A DNA stretch of 64,000 nt, taken from assembly GCA_013265495.1 (NCBI GenBank), contig MU058844.1, forward strand, positions 1,184,941 to 1,248,940, written 5' to 3'. The notes beneath the pieces were generated by a model, which saw only the letters and a list, made by a program, of their open reading frames with translations, did not search any database and was not told the origin of the DNA. The DNA comes from Vicugna vicugna. Its lineage: Eukaryota. Positions 39,249 through 52,960 of the stretch are shown in pieces (within the stretch, counting starts at the first letter, position 1; each line of letters starts with the position of its first letter). The position numbers and the translations under genes are program-made.

Positions 39249-39449
39249 ACAGTGGCAATGATGATGGCACCATCTGTTGAGGAATCAAAAAGTAGACATG
39301 TTAGTCCTCTTCCATCCCCAGCCACCCAGTCTCAAGTGATGTTTCACTTTGATATTCACCAAGGTGGAGGAACATAGGACAGCAAGACCCTCCTAAGTGC
39401 CTGCCTCAGCAATGTTACCAAGTTCCGTCCCTCCCTGAGGTGTTAGAAG

Positions 39450-39670
39450 GGAACTAACATTTACTGGGCTCTTTGGCATTTTATATGCCTTAGATGCATG
39501 GTTTCATTTAATTCTTGAACAAGCTTATGAGGGAGCAATGCTATTCCCGTTTGTATAGATTAAGTGCAAGAGGTTGAGAAATTTGCCCCAAATCACATAG
39601 CTGATAAGCCAGAAAGAGGCGTTCAAATCTGCATATCTGGATTGCTACACCTAGGCTCATCCCATCATCT
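39450..39670 (-). mobile_element. MIR SINE
   Basis: 'actaacatttactgggc...tcatttaattctt...atttgccccaaatcacatagctgataag'. Confidence 0.75.
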
Positions 39671-40967
39671 CATATGCATTTCTCCTCTGCTGTACCAATA
39701 GATTGATCTAGTATCTCCTCTTTAACCTTGTCAGCCTGGCTATCTGGCATAGCTTTCCCCAAACATACCAAACATGGCAAGCCATGTCCCCATACCTCAT
39801 TGGTAAGACCCTGCCGAAGCACGTGCATTTTGCTTTTGCTAGTCACTTTTCTCAATGTAGCTATACATTAATGTTTCTCACAACCTAACATAAGACAGAT
39901 CATCCCTCAGACAAAAAACGCTCACAGCACACTGGATATGCTGAAAGTCACCACCCAGGTCAAACATCCCTCACTGAAAATGCAAATACTGGGGAAAATA
40001 TGGGAAATTGATAAAGACAGATTTCATGTGATTTAATAATACTGGCTTAAAATATTTCTGTTTTTCATTTCTGATCACATCAGAAAGTGCTATATCCTGC
40101 ATGTTGCTATTTGGAGCTATGAGTTGGAGAGCCTTTTTTATGAAGTAAGAGACTCTCTCTTCCTGAGTATGCATGGCCCCTCTGACTGAGATGGAAGAAA
40201 ACACCCCAAGATTGTTGAATTTGATGTGGTATTTTTCAGAGGAGGTGTGTCAGGGAGAGAACATACCATCATAATCCATATTAAGGAGAGGGAAAAACAG
40301 TTGGACGTGAGAGGACTTAAATTTATCAAATGCTGACTCTGTGCCTTGGCTTGATATGTGGCTAACTTTATTTTCTTTATTCTTCTCAACAATCCTGTTA
40401 AATATTCTACACACATCACTGCTACCACCACCAGGATTCAAGGAGAAACACTTGGTCTAGGCTCCAGCAGCTATTGAGTGGTAAAGCTGGGATTTGAACA
40501 CATGTCTTCCTGGACTGTTTTCACTACACTGTGCAATTTCCTAATGGGCAAGGTTTTGCTTGGGGCCTGAGGAATAAGAGTAATAAAACATACACTCTAT
40601 TCTCAAATTACAATTTAGTTAGGAGACAAACAGATTTAAAAGGTCAATAATAACATATGTTTGCAAAAATGGCTAAGTAGGACCTCAGCAAAGGTACAGG
40701 ACCTCAGTGGAGCCACTGATTACAGAGACTTGAGTGGTCAAAGAGTCCTGGTGAAGAACGGAGATTTGAATGGGGCTGAGAAGGAAACCTAAGAACTTAA
40801 AAACAGTGAAGAGGCTAGCAGCTATCCAAAAAAGGAGATTGTCCTGAGCTAAGAATACACATGCTGGATTCAGGGAATAAGATGGGGCGTGGTGGTGGTT
40901 TTGCTGTTGTTTCCAGAAGTGAGCATAGAGGGGAACTGTGAAACAGCCCTTCAGAAAGTGTACATTA

Positions 40968-41140
40968 GACCTTTGCTCCTCAAAGTGTGGTCTAAGCACC
41001 AAAGGCATCACCATCATCTGAGAGCATGTTTGAGATACAGAATCGTGGGCCCTGTACCAGATTCATTAAGTCAGAATCTGCATTTTAACAGGGTTCCACA
41101 TATGATTTAGAGGCATATTAAAGTTTGAGAAGAATTGCCT
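40968..41140 (+). mobile_element. MER5A
   Basis: 'ctcaaagtgtggtc...catcaccatcatctgagag...tcagaatctgcattttaaca...aaagtttgagaa'. Confidence 0.85.
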
Positions 41141-41313
41141 TGAAGTAGATCAACTCATCTTATTTTCCTTCTTACACATCTTAAAACAGAGGTGAAGAGG
41201 AAAAAAAATTCTTTTTTCTGCCCTTCTGTGCCCTTCTTTTCTTTCTGTTTCTGTAGAAGCCCAGGTGGCTGTTGGTGAACTCAGGGGCTCGATCGATGCT
41301 TCTGTAAGGAAGC

Positions 41314-41408
41314 TTTGCCTAAAACTCAACATCCTCTTTCTATACCTTTGCTGCCCTTTTTTTTTTTTTTTTCTTGCTGTTTTGCCTAAAACTCAACATC
41401 CTCTTTCT
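41314..41408 (+). repeat. 28-bp exact direct repeat flanking a poly-T spacer
   Basis: tttgcctaaaactcaacatcctctttct at 41314-41341 and 41381-41408. Confidence 0.9.
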
Positions 41409-41880
41409 GTAGCTTCTGTGCATGTCACTTGCCTCTTGCTTTTCAGGGGCATTCACTGATCTGTGAGTGTCACAGTGAAGAATGTGGAGCAGATGCCTTT
41501 TGTACACAAATGTCTACAAAGTGGAGCAACTCAGTTGCCTTCCCAGGGGGCACCTCTGTACAACTGGCCTATCTGCAAAAGTGGTTGATCTGCACATGGC
41601 AGAGTGTTCTGTGTTAGTGTCGCCCATTTTAAGCAGTGGGGTTTGAAAGGGCAGTACTACCCTGAGCAGGACTGTTTGGAAACAGAACACCACAAGAAGA
41701 GAGAGGCAGTTTCAAAGTTTAGGCCCTGCCTTGTGGTTTGCCCAGTTTGTTTAATTCAGACTCTTTACTCCTGTTAATTTTATTGATCCTCTCACTTGGG
41801 ACCACAACTACCGTATGGGAAGATTCCAGATTTATGAGAAGCATGGGGAAAAGGAACATTGTATACATAAATTGGGAGTA

Positions 41881-42720
41881 CTTCTGGTTTCCAGGCTGTC
41901 AAATAAAGAACTTGGAAGTCTTCACTCCCATCCATACAATAAGAACAAAACTGAAAAACTGGGAATCGACAATTCTTAGATCCTTCAGAGAATTGAGGTC
42001 ACAGGGCAAACCACTGTCCGCAAAGTTGGACAGACAGATGGATACAGAGAATTACAGATTGCCAGGAGCAGAAGGCTTTTCAGAAACCAATACCAGAGAA
42101 GGAAAACCTAAACTGTAATTGACAAATTTCCAGAGGCTCTGTGTGGACAAGTTTGAGAATTAAAAACTCCTAAGAGGCCCACATTCCTATGAGCTTTACC
42201 TCCAGGAGCCCCGTCAGGTACCCGCTGTGAGGAGGAGGAATGGGAGACCCTCTCCTGCTTCCTGCAGGGGGAGGACAAAAGTCGCCCTCTTGAAGTACTC
42301 CCAGAGCCCTGCATGCTCCTTAACGAGACTTGCCCTCAAGGGAAACTATTTTATCATAGCCTGACCCACTGGAGTTTCACGAAGGGCCTAATGACATGGA
42401 GAAGGGAGATGCGCAACTCAGAGTCTGAAATGAATGAAAGACTGAGACCTAATCGTAGGACTTTAGAATGCTTCCCCTCCCCCCATGCCTAATCAACCCA
42501 TCAGTAATGCTCCTGGATAATAACAAGAGATTACAGCTAGAAGGATTGCAAGCCTCAGACTCTAATTAAGAAATCTCTAGGAAAACTCAGAGACAATTAG
42601 GGTGACTAAAACAAGGACACGAGAGGAAATTTCAGCCTCTGACACCACAGTTAATGGCATAAACACAGCTTAACTTGAAGCCAGATCAGCATAAAACCTC
42701 ACACCAAATACTTATCTACA
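41881..42720 (+). mobile_element. Old L1M (L1MC/MD/M4-like) 5'-end fragment
   Basis: 'cttctggtttccagg...gagaattgaggtcacagggcaaac...gcctctgacaccacag' resembles recalled ancient L1 5'UTR consensus. Confidence 0.6.
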
Positions 42721-44711
42721 TAAACCAGGAGAAATCTGTAATGACAGTATTCACTTAACCAGATGTAGCCTCTGCTCACATAGCAGAATGTTCTAGATTC
42801 TCTGCTTAGAAAGGAAACAAAGGACAGAGAGACAGTCATATGGATTTGGGATTTAGGGAGGAGAGAAAAGTCACCTTCTTTTCTGCAAACTCTACCTTCT
42901 TTAAACTTGACAGCTGTCATTTAGCCACAGGCAGTTATTTACCTGCGGTCCTTGCCATCCTGTGAAATACACTTCAGCTGATATTTTAGAGATTACAGAA
43001 GCCAGTGGGTTTACTTGTTGCAAGTCATCAAGATTTCTATGGAAGTTTTATAGTTGATTATAGTAATGAGTTAGTTAATTAATGCTGAATATTTTTAGTG
43101 ATAACTTTATCTTGACAACTCTTACATGTTTGAGTGTCTCTTCAGCCTCTTTGTCCAACCTGCTTGCCAATGTGTGGGTGGATGGGAAAAAAAAAAAAAG
43201 ATCCTGAGAATCAAGGACATCTAGTCCTGATTTTACCAGACATTTGTTGTATAATCAACAGGAGTCCTTTCTGGGGCTCAGTTTTCCCATCTCTAAAAGC
43301 CGGATCTAGTAAAGTAGTAAGATGTCGAATCAATGCAGTTATTAGTGTCTGTAAGTTTGTAAGCATATATGTACATGATATGTTGGGAGTAAAAAAAATA
43401 CTGAGATTAAACATAATTCAGTTGTTATTTAATGTCAGTCCTCAGAAAGTATGAATATTTTCATAGAAATTATGAGTTTCTCTTAAGTTTCACTTTATTT
43501 TTCTGATTTTTACACCTTCTCCTCATGCAGTACTTCATTCTATATCCTTTTGTAACTCTCTCCAGAGCTCCACTTATGTTCTGAAGGTGTTTGGGGAGAA
43601 ATAGAGTTTTGAGATTTGCAAACATCTTTGAGGCATGCTAGTCAGCTTAAATTTGGCTGTATGTGGATTTTCTCTAAAAGGAAACCAAATAAAATACTCT
43701 TGACATGGCAAACAAACAGCCATCCTGAGGGCAATATTTTTAGGAGCTAAGTGTAAATGAATAAAAAAGTCCATGGTGATTTGTTTTCCCTGAAACACAA
43801 AAGAAGCTAAAAAATAAACATCTCATTCCAAACGCAATTTGGATCTTATTGAATTGAAAACAATTGTGCAAAGTATTGGTGCCATTTGAGGATCACATTA
43901 GGCAGTTGGATCCCACATCTGCCTAAAACTCTTACCACTTATATGTAACACACAATTACTGGTTTGCTGAGCAAGAATAAATCATTCCAGTGATCCAGGA
44001 GAGGACAGAACTGGAAAAACACAGAATTAGTCACCTCTCCCCAGGCACACTCATGAAGGCAGACCTGTGAGAGGGAAGACACCCTCTCTTGGTCCCTGCT
44101 GTTCATGTGTTAATGGGAGGAGGTAGATGTAGAGCCCCACATGTGGGCTGGTATCCAGAACCTGAGATGAGTTCCATACACAACTGATGGACTTGATTAA
44201 AATGAAGGAAATGGATCAATGCCAGGACTATTCATGTCTTCAAAATAATGTGGGTAGAAATACAAGTTCCAACAGGGCTATGAACAATGAATCAAGTGTT
44301 AAAGTAATCAGTCTGCTAATGGATTTGTCCACTACACCCACTCTTTGGGTCAGCAGAGCACAGATGTTAAGAAAGTGGGTTCTGGAGTCAAATGGTAAAT
44401 TCCTAAGTCTCTCTGCCTCAGGGTCCTTGATCAAGATGATGATGGTACCCAACCCACTGGGTTGTTGTAAACATTAAAAGAGAAAATCTAAGCAAAACGA
44501 AGCACCTAAACTTGTGTCCTGCCCATGGGAGTTATTGTTGCACATTCCCCTCTTTTTCTCTATTCTATCCCCAAAATTCCTAGGTACCCTTCTTCCCTCT
44601 TTGCAACCTCATCTGGCCTTAGGATACTATCTGATAGCCTATGCTCTAAGCATATCCCAACTAAAGCCCCTTCATACCTTCCTCAGTTCAACTTTATAAA
44701 GACTTTGCTAG

Positions 44712-44875
44712 AATAGCAATTTCAACTCTAATTTGCATATGGGGGTTCCTGGGGAATCTAGATAAAATGCAGATTCTTACTCAGTAGATTTGACTGTATC
44801 CCTGGGACATTCTGCCTTTCTAACAGGCTCTGATGCTTTGGGTCTGTGGGCCACACTGAATCTCAAGTCACTAGG
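44712..44875 (-). mobile_element. MER5A
   Basis: 'aaaatgcagattcttactcagtaga...ctaacaggctc...tctgtgggccacact'. Confidence 0.7.
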
Positions 44876-45291
44876 GGATCTAAATTAACCAGCATTTTCT
44901 TTTTCTGAGCCATGTGAGTGATTGAGTTCTTTAGTTGGCTACTAATAGTCTTACAAGTATTAGATCCTCCTTCACTTATGGAATCCAGTTACCAGATAGA
45001 TTCCTCACATGGCTGCATTTCTTCGTACGCAAAATTTAAAGTTAATTCAAACTAAGGAATTTGTGAGGAATGATACCTTAATGTGTGACCTAGTCAGTGA
45101 GTAATTTTATGTCTCAAGAAGCTTGGTCCAAGGATAAAATGTGAGGTTGATAATTTGGGGGCTACATGTGTAGGGGAAAAGATACTTTGTTAGCCGTCCT
45201 GAAATTACTAGGCAGGTATTACAGCATCAAGCCGTCCAACAGTGGTTGGGCAAAATGAATGATGAACACAGACAAATGTTTTTTTTCCATT

Positions 45292-45747
45292 AGTTTTGGG
45301 TTGAATAGTGTCCACCCCCTGAAATTCATGTCTACCCAGAACCTTAGAAATAGAATCTTTGCAGATGTAATTAGTTAAAGCGAGGCCACACTGGATTAGA
45401 GTGGGCCCTAGCCCAGTCACTGTTGTCTTTATAAGAAGTGACACAGAGGGACAGACACGGAGAGGAGTACATGATGATAAGACACACACAGAGAACCCAC
45501 GTGACAGTGGAGGCAGAGACTGGAGTTGTGCTGCCATTAGCAAAGAAGGCCAATGATTGCAGTAACCACCAGAAGCTAGGAGAGAGGCAGGAACAGGTTC
45601 TTCCCTTGAGGCCACAAGAAGAAACGAACCCTGCAGATACCTGCATTTTGGACTTCTGGCCTCATGAAGAGAATAAAGAATAAACTTCTGTCATTTAAGC
45701 CATCCCATTTATGGTCATTTGTACTTTGGCCTTAGGAAAGGAAAACA
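45292..45747 (+). mobile_element. MLT1B/C-like solo LTR
   Basis: 'gggttgaatagtgtcc...ctttgcagatgtaattagttaa...caccagaagctaggagagaggc...ggacttctggcct...aataaacttctg'. Confidence 0.88.
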
Positions 45748-47334
45748 CCATCTATGAAGGGGCAAGATCAGCCCAGGTGCCACCTGAGCCCCTGGCACTC
45801 AGCTTTCACATCTGGCCAAATTGCCCAACCACAGACCCCTCCATGTGGCTAAGTCTATGTTTAGGCAGGTAGCAAAGGGAGCCAGTGGCAGAGGGGGCAG
45901 TGAATGAAGCCTCCTAGGGACTATGCCCTCGGATATGAGCTGACAAAGGGTGATGAGAGTTGTTCAGGAGGCAAGGAAGAGTGCAGTGGGTGAACGGGAT
46001 GGAAGTGGTCCAATCTGTCACTACTGTTTTAACCTCCTTGTAGGCTTTGTGCTTCTTGTCACTACTTTGGTACCAAGACTTAGCTCCTAGGCTTTCATAA
46101 CCCCAGACAACTTGGAAACTTTTGCTTTGACTAGTGAGGAGCCTGAGATCCACATTTATCTCAAGAAAACATACTCAATTAAGGAAAACATACTCCCTAC
46201 CCATGATTATTCTATATTCAGTAACACTGGTTAAACATAGGCCTCCTGCCAAAAAGAATCTTCAGGCTGTTTAAACAGAATGAGGGAAATGCCTAAAATT
46301 ATTCTTTTCCCATTTCCAGCCCAGTGCACTCATATCTTTATTCTACTACATAGTTTAATGCAGTACAATGCATTCAGAAAGCACCTTTTATCTACAGAAA
46401 TTAAAACATCCTATTGAGGTACTCTAAACACTTCTAATCTGCTAAGATTGGATGCAAATTACATCACCAAGTGCTTAAGGGGATTACCAAAATGAATATG
46501 TGCATCTGAGGACGTTCAAGTTCCATCCTCTGTCTAGTGTCGACAATAGCACCAGATTTGGGGTTGAAAGGACTTTCTGAGTTCACGAACTGCCAGTTAC
46601 CAGGAACCTGAGAATACTTCTTAAAAAGTTTCTGAACCTCAGTTTGTTGTACAGAAAGAATTGACTACTGAGTTTGCAGAGACCACTTTATAACAGATTT
46701 ATAAGTCATAATAGATCAGCTAACCCATAAATCATTGACACTCATTGTCTGAATACACAGATGATGAAGAAAGAACTTCACATCATTTTCATCATATGTG
46801 AAACCATCCTCCTTTCTGTCAGAAGTTCCTCTTTCACTGTTTTTTTTTTTTTTTTTTTACCAAATATGGGCTGACTCACAACATGTTCTGTATCTTTAAT
46901 CTGGATTTAGTGCCATGTCTCAAGAGTTCTCTGCCCACCTTTTTATCTAACCATTTAGACAATCAGAAAAATTATGCACTTTAGTTCTGGAAGCTTCCGG
47001 TGTTGCTGGCGTTTGGACTGCAGCTTCAGCCTTCCCTGGTGATTCAGATTCACCTGCCTCAACTATCATTATGTAGAACAATAGAAAACAACAAAATATT
47101 TTGATTGTCATACAGGTAAAATGAGATATTATATTTGAATATCCATTTTAAAATTCTAAAGCTCTCTAAGTGTATTAAAAATTAAATGCTGTTTTTTTCA
47201 TTCAATAAGAACTTTTTGAGCAAGGCAGCCTGCCTGTGTTCTCCTATGTCACACTTTTCAACTTTCTAGCTTATTTCTATCCCTTCAGTTGTATGGGAGG
47301 CTGTATGTCCTGAGGGTAATGAGGATGTCTCTAT

Positions 47335-48140
47335 GTATTCCTTTAACAAATATTTCCTGGGCACCTATTACATAACCAGTACTCTTCTAGGCATGGGCGT
47401 AGCACACAGGTAAACAAGTAAGTCAGAACTCCTGCCCTCATGGAACCTGTATTTTAGCAGTGGAGACCAATGATAAACAAGTAAACAAACTAATATAACC
47501 ATTCCAAACAGGTTTCATACGATGAAGATGAGAAACAGAAACAAATGAATGAGGAAGGAGAAACTCTAGATGGTCAATCTGAGATGGCATCTCTGAAGAG
47601 GGCCATTTAAGCTAATGCCAAAGTGTAAGAAAGATACCCGTATAAGTCCCAAAGGGAAGAGTGTTCTAGAAAGAGAGATTTACCTGTGGCGTGAAATAGC
47701 ACCTAAACAGAGAGATGGGCAGCTACAGTGAGGAGAGCTGGGGAAAGAAGCTCATGGGGAGGATGGAGAGGGGTCAAGGGTCAGATCCTACAGGACCCTG
47801 CAGGGGCTATGTGTCTGCGTTTTATTCCAAAATTGATGGCAAACCATCAAAGAAAATTAAGCACAAGTGTGACATAATTTGGTTTCTATGTCAGTAAGAT
47901 AACTCAGAGTTCTGTGAAGAAAATGAGCTGGAAGGGGACAAGAATGAAAACAGGGAAACAGTTAAGGAACTCTTGCAGTGCTCCAGGCAAAAGGTGATGT
48001 TGGCCTGTATTTACACACAATAGCAGAGTAAAATGGAGAAAAGCAGATACAATAGAGATATTTTGGAATTACACTGAACAAGGCTCCCTTAGGGATTAGA
48101 TGGTGGTGGAAGTAGGGATGAAGAGAGGGAAGAATTATGA
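47335..48140 (-). mobile_element. L2 (L2a-like) 3' ~800 bp
   Basis: 'aacaaatatttcctgggcacctatt...cctgccctcatggaa...gttaaggaactcttgcagtgctccaggc'. Confidence 0.75.
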
Positions 48141-48285
48141 CTTGTCTATTTCCATGTCCCCAGCCCTTAGCACAATGCCTACCTAGCATATAATAGATGC
48201 TCAGTAAACATATTTAGGATTTGATTTTTTCCTCCATAAAAACAAAATCTCCCAAATTGATGATCAGGGAAACAACAAATGAATA

Positions 48286-48344
48286 TAGTAAGTAAGTAAG
48301 TAAGTAAATAAATAAATAAATAAATAAATAAGCAAGTAAATAAA
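48286..48344. repeat. (TAAG)n(TAAA)n compound microsatellite
   Basis: agtaagtaagtaagtaagtaaataaataaataaataaataaataa. Confidence 0.9.
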
Positions 48345-50847
48345 ATGAGACTGTAGAGGATAAATAAAGGAGGAAAACAGAGACAAAGATTTCCTTCCAG
48401 TGAAGCTGGGTAATGACTTTACTGTCAGTGGATCAAGGTTAAAATCTTCTCTGTCTCTCCCTCCAGGCAGCTTTCCAATAAATGTCTAAACACATCCCAG
48501 GCCAGCAGAGGCAGAATTGAATATTACGTGGTGAATAAGGGATGGGGCTGTATATAGAAAAGACATTTTTAAAGTTATCTTGTGATTTAGGAAATAATTT
48601 TTCATCATTTCCTTGGCTGACTTTGAAAAGAGAGCTTAAGAATAAGGAAAAGACTATAAAGCACATAGTCTGAAAATGATTGAACCAAGCAATTCTGTCT
48701 TGGTACATCAATTCGGATGTTATAGAGGCACTTGTTAGCATTCTGTTTTAGCATTAATATTGCATACATGCACAGACACGTTCCTTTTCAATAAGACCTC
48801 TGGGGGGAGAAAAAAACCCTGAGGTAGACAACATAATCCTTGCAAAGATTTTAAATAGGAAACACAAATATTCCCACACTTGAGACTGGTGAGATTTGAA
48901 AAAAAATAGATGAGAATTATACATATTAAATACTAATGTAAGTGATTGCAGACACCCATACTTTAATTGGCACCCGTGGTTTAATTCAGGACATTTTAGG
49001 AATTCTGACAGCCTTAGAAAGAGGTTTCAGACGTCTATATTTGTCCACAGTCTTTCTTCCAAGATTCAGTTTATGGGCCATTTTTAAAAAATCCCATTGG
49101 TTTCTTATATAGTTTGAGTAGTGCCTTCTAAATTCCCTCTAAGTGAACTTAAAAATAAAGTGCACTTGCCTTTATGCTAATACCATTTGGGGTCTTAAAA
49201 TGGTGTTCACAGCTTTAGTCCTATTCTTTATACTCTGGCTCCTGTATGTGATGGATGGATAGGCTTTGCTTTGGGAATGGACCCCTTATACACATCTCAG
49301 TTCTCCTGAATTAGAACAGTGATGCTCATGGGTTTGGTTTATTCTCTGTCTCCGTAGCTCCTTCACTGCCCTTTCAGCCAAATATTATCTGAAGTATCCA
49401 TAGCTTCAAAAAAAAAATTATGTTTATTAAGGGGTGACCCAGCTATTGCAAGGATAAAAGGAAATAACAATGGCTTTTTAAAGGGACGGAAAGAACACTT
49501 CTAAAGCATTGGCAAGTAGCCTCAATAAACACTGAGTTAGAGGCTAGAAGGTCTTTGGGAGGGCCTCTCACATTAGGTATCTGATTTCCAGTTCTCTTTA
49601 TGCTGTGGTCAGCTCTGAAACTAGGATCTTCTTCAGAGGTGCCCTGAGTGCATAGATGAGCACATTTTGAGAACAGTTTACTCAGTGGGATCTGTACATA
49701 AAAGACCACCCATGTTTACTCATAGCAAGATTTATAAAAAAGCACCAGACATTCTTCTTTTACTTCGCAACTGCTTTCTCTTCCCCAGCCTGGAGTGATA
49801 GGACTGAAGATTTTATAAAATCCCTGTATTTGATGGAAAGTCCATTGCAGAGATTCCATTTATTTTTCAAGTCTTTTCTGACCCCCTACCCCCTCCTCCA
49901 GTAGAATTAATGGTTTCTCCCTTTGGATCATTTGGTACCTGTACCTATTCTTCTACTTACGCCTACAACGCAATACTTTATTGCACTTAATCATATACTG
50001 TGTTGTCTCTTCCCCACTAGTCTCCTTAACAGAAGGGACTGAGCTTCATTTGTATTTTTATCCCCAAATGCAAGATGTAGGTGCTATTTCAGTGTCCCAC
50101 TTAAATGAAAGGATCAGGAAAGATTATCCACTGCATTAAATCCTGTTAAATCCTGCTCCCTCAGAGCCCTATAAACTAGGGATTCACAAAGTAGAAGGAG
50201 ACATTCAAACACATCCATTCTTCCCTGTTCCAGATCATCAAGAGGAGTGTGGAAGGTTTTATGGGACCACACATAACATACAACACTTTTACCTATCCCT
50301 GGTTGTCCTAGCAGTGAAGATAAAAGCAGAAATGTAGGAGGTCCTGACCCCTACATGCTGAGTTTGGGGCAGTCTGCTTCTGGCTTGAGAGAACCACTGT
50401 TGAAACTCCTCCACAAGGTCAACCCACCTTAAGGCCCTGTGGGAGTGACTGCTTGTTTCCTTACTGCTGCTCTCAGTTAATACCTTATCTTAGCATCCCT
50501 ACCTCTGCAGCTACAGAGGAGCTGGTGGCTTTCATTTATCTTAAATGAACTTTCTTCAGTTCAACCAATGGCTGTTCATGAATTTTAAGCAGCCTACTCA
50601 GAAACCCAGAAGTCAATGCCATCATTTTAAAAGAACAGTCTTAGTCCATTTGACTCCTTATCCTTGAATGTCCAACCCTTGAAAATACAGCATGTAAAAC
50701 TTCACTTCAGAATAATTTATTGGATTACCAGGGCTACTAACATAATCGTCTAATCTAATCAGAATTACAGTCTCTGGTCAGTAGCAAAGTGGCCCTTCAG
50801 AAATGAGTTTTCTGGTATAACTGGAAATGATACCTAATATATGTTTG

Positions 50848-50872
50848 GTGAATGAATGAATGAATGAATGAA
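50848..50872. repeat. (TGAA)n microsatellite, probably an L2 tail
   Basis: gtgaatgaatgaatgaatgaatgaa. Confidence 0.85.
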
Positions 50873-51341
50873 CTAACGAATGGCATCTGAACTCAGTTTT
50901 CACTCTTTCACGCACTGGTCTGCATAATCACTTCCCTTAAGATCGTGTGCTATGTACCCAGCATCACAATCTGATTTTAATTCTAGAAGACAAGAAATGT
51001 AAAGAAGAAACTGGACTGCTGGTGTCACAAAAAAGGCATCAGAAAAGTTTTAGATGACTCCCAAAAGGTGATTTTTTGAAGTTACTATTTTTTAATCAAC
51101 AGAAGAGTTGAAGAAGTTTTTCAGCCCTTCAAAAGAGTAAGTATTGATAGGTTTACAGTGCCTGTCCCATAGAGATATCAGAGTACACTTGAAGAAAGTT
51201 GTAACACCAGATATTTTTTAGATACTGTATATCTTTCTCTATAATTTCAGAAGATGTCATTATGAGAAACCTCTGAGTGATTCCTGAACAAGTCACTTCA
51301 CTCATGGTGCCATCTGCATCTTTTGTCACTCATGTGACTAA

Positions 51342-51424
51342 TTCCTCCTTCCCTTTCTTTCTTTCTCTTTTTCTTCTTCCTTCCTTTCTCCTCTTCTCCT
51401 TTCCTTTCTTCTTCCTTCCTTCTT
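51342..51424. repeat. CT-rich low complexity
   Basis: Polypyrimidine run. Confidence 0.8.
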
Positions 51425-52149
51425 GTTAGTTGCTACACTTAGATATATTCATAAACATTATCTTATATATCTCACAACAATGAAATGTAAGTATTACTGT
51501 AATTATTTTTACAATTTGGGAATCAGAGTCTTGGAGACATTAAATAACTTGTTCTGGGTCACACAGTAGAACCAGTATTCAAACCTAAGACTGAAAAGCT
51601 CCAAGGTCCATGATCAGTCCATTTTATCAGTTTGTTTCTGATATTTAAAAAGAAGTGATTGTTGAAAAATAGTAACGTGTTTTAGAGGTTATTAAAAGCT
51701 AATTTAAAAGCTAATGAAAGAGAAGAAAAAAATTGGAAAATATAAGATAAATCAGAAACACAGCATATTTTTATAGCCCTAAGCAAGAGGAAGAGAAAAA
51801 CAGAATTAACAAGGATTAAATGTTATTTTCTTCAAGACTCTTCTTGATGTATTATAAAACTTGATCATGTTGTCCTTAAAAGCCATAATATAATTATCTG
51901 GATGCAATCATTTGACAATGAAATGCAATTCTTTAAGTTTACTTTGATATTCAAAGACAGCAATGATGGCCTCCAGGGACAAAGAATAAAAATACTGATG
52001 GAGACACATGTGAAAGGATGTCATTTACAGAGAAGCCCAAAATATTTTACTGCTGGTTTATCTGCTCACTCTTTATCAGTTAGCCTAGGTTCCTCTAAAG
52101 GTAAGAAATTGAATGTTTGGGTTTCTATTTAGGTATTTCCATTGGTACC

Positions 52150-52960
52150 TACATTGGTCAAATGACTGCATGCTCTTAGGATGGATTCCAAAATCCTTAA
52201 CTAACTGACCTACAATGTGCTGCAGGATCTGGTTCTTTGAACTTCCAACCTCATCTCAACCACTCCCATCTGGCTGTCCATGCTCTTCCACCATTAGCCT
52301 TTATTTTTCCCAGAATACTGTGTCCATGCTGCTTCTGTTTCAGGATCTTCACCTTTTTAGTACATTTCTTTTGTCCATCCCCTCCCTCCATTCCCTCTCT
52401 CCCCTATCTTCTAAGCTCTTTTCACCCTTTTTTATTTTCCTTCATGTTTCCTTTTCTTAGAGAGCTTCCCTAGACAGCACTGGCCAAGTGTGTCCCCCCA
52501 CCCCAAGCTGAGAACTTTGCTAGTTCCCAACACTGTTCTAAATGCTTACTATGTACTATCTCTTTAATCTCTACAACAAACCTCGGAGGGAGGTTTTGCT
52601 ACAGTCCCATGGCATAGCTGGGGAAACTGAGGCACCGAGCAACTGGTCCACTGTCACAGGGCTGGTATGAGGAAGAACAAGACTGGAGCCTCCTTTTTGG
52701 GTTCCAGAGTCCATCATTCTCTCAACCACTTGACTCAGCTGCCTCTTTTAGGAAACTCTATCTGCTCACTCTTAGCATCCTTCTCCTTGAAGCACTTATC
52801 CTCATAGTTATTTGAGAAATTGTTTGCTTTTTGGCCATTTTTCCTACTATAACCTTTATCAGAGCAAGGTCTAATTCTCAGCCGTAGCCCCTACATCTAG
52901 CATTTGTGCCTGGAGCATAGGAGGTAGCTTATAAATGTTTGACAAGTAAATAAATAAATA
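52150..52960 (+). mobile_element. L2 3' region with nested antisense MIR (~52530-52730)
   Basis: 'ccaaaatccttaac...gtgcctggagcataggaggtagcttataaatgtttg' is L2; 'ggggaaactgaggcac' is the MIR core. Confidence 0.7.

Noticed and set aside
39128..39377. Basic/hydrophobic ORFs resembling an NLS or transmembrane segment
   Set aside because: Derived from the GA-rich repeat and the L1 A-tail
45208..45683. Overlapping ORFs of 81-135 aa
   Set aside because: They lie largely within an MLT1 LTR; chance frames
46163..46197. Short tandem duplications (gaaaacatactc x2; similar near 50136, 51695, 61279)
   Set aside because: Ordinary slippage micro-duplications
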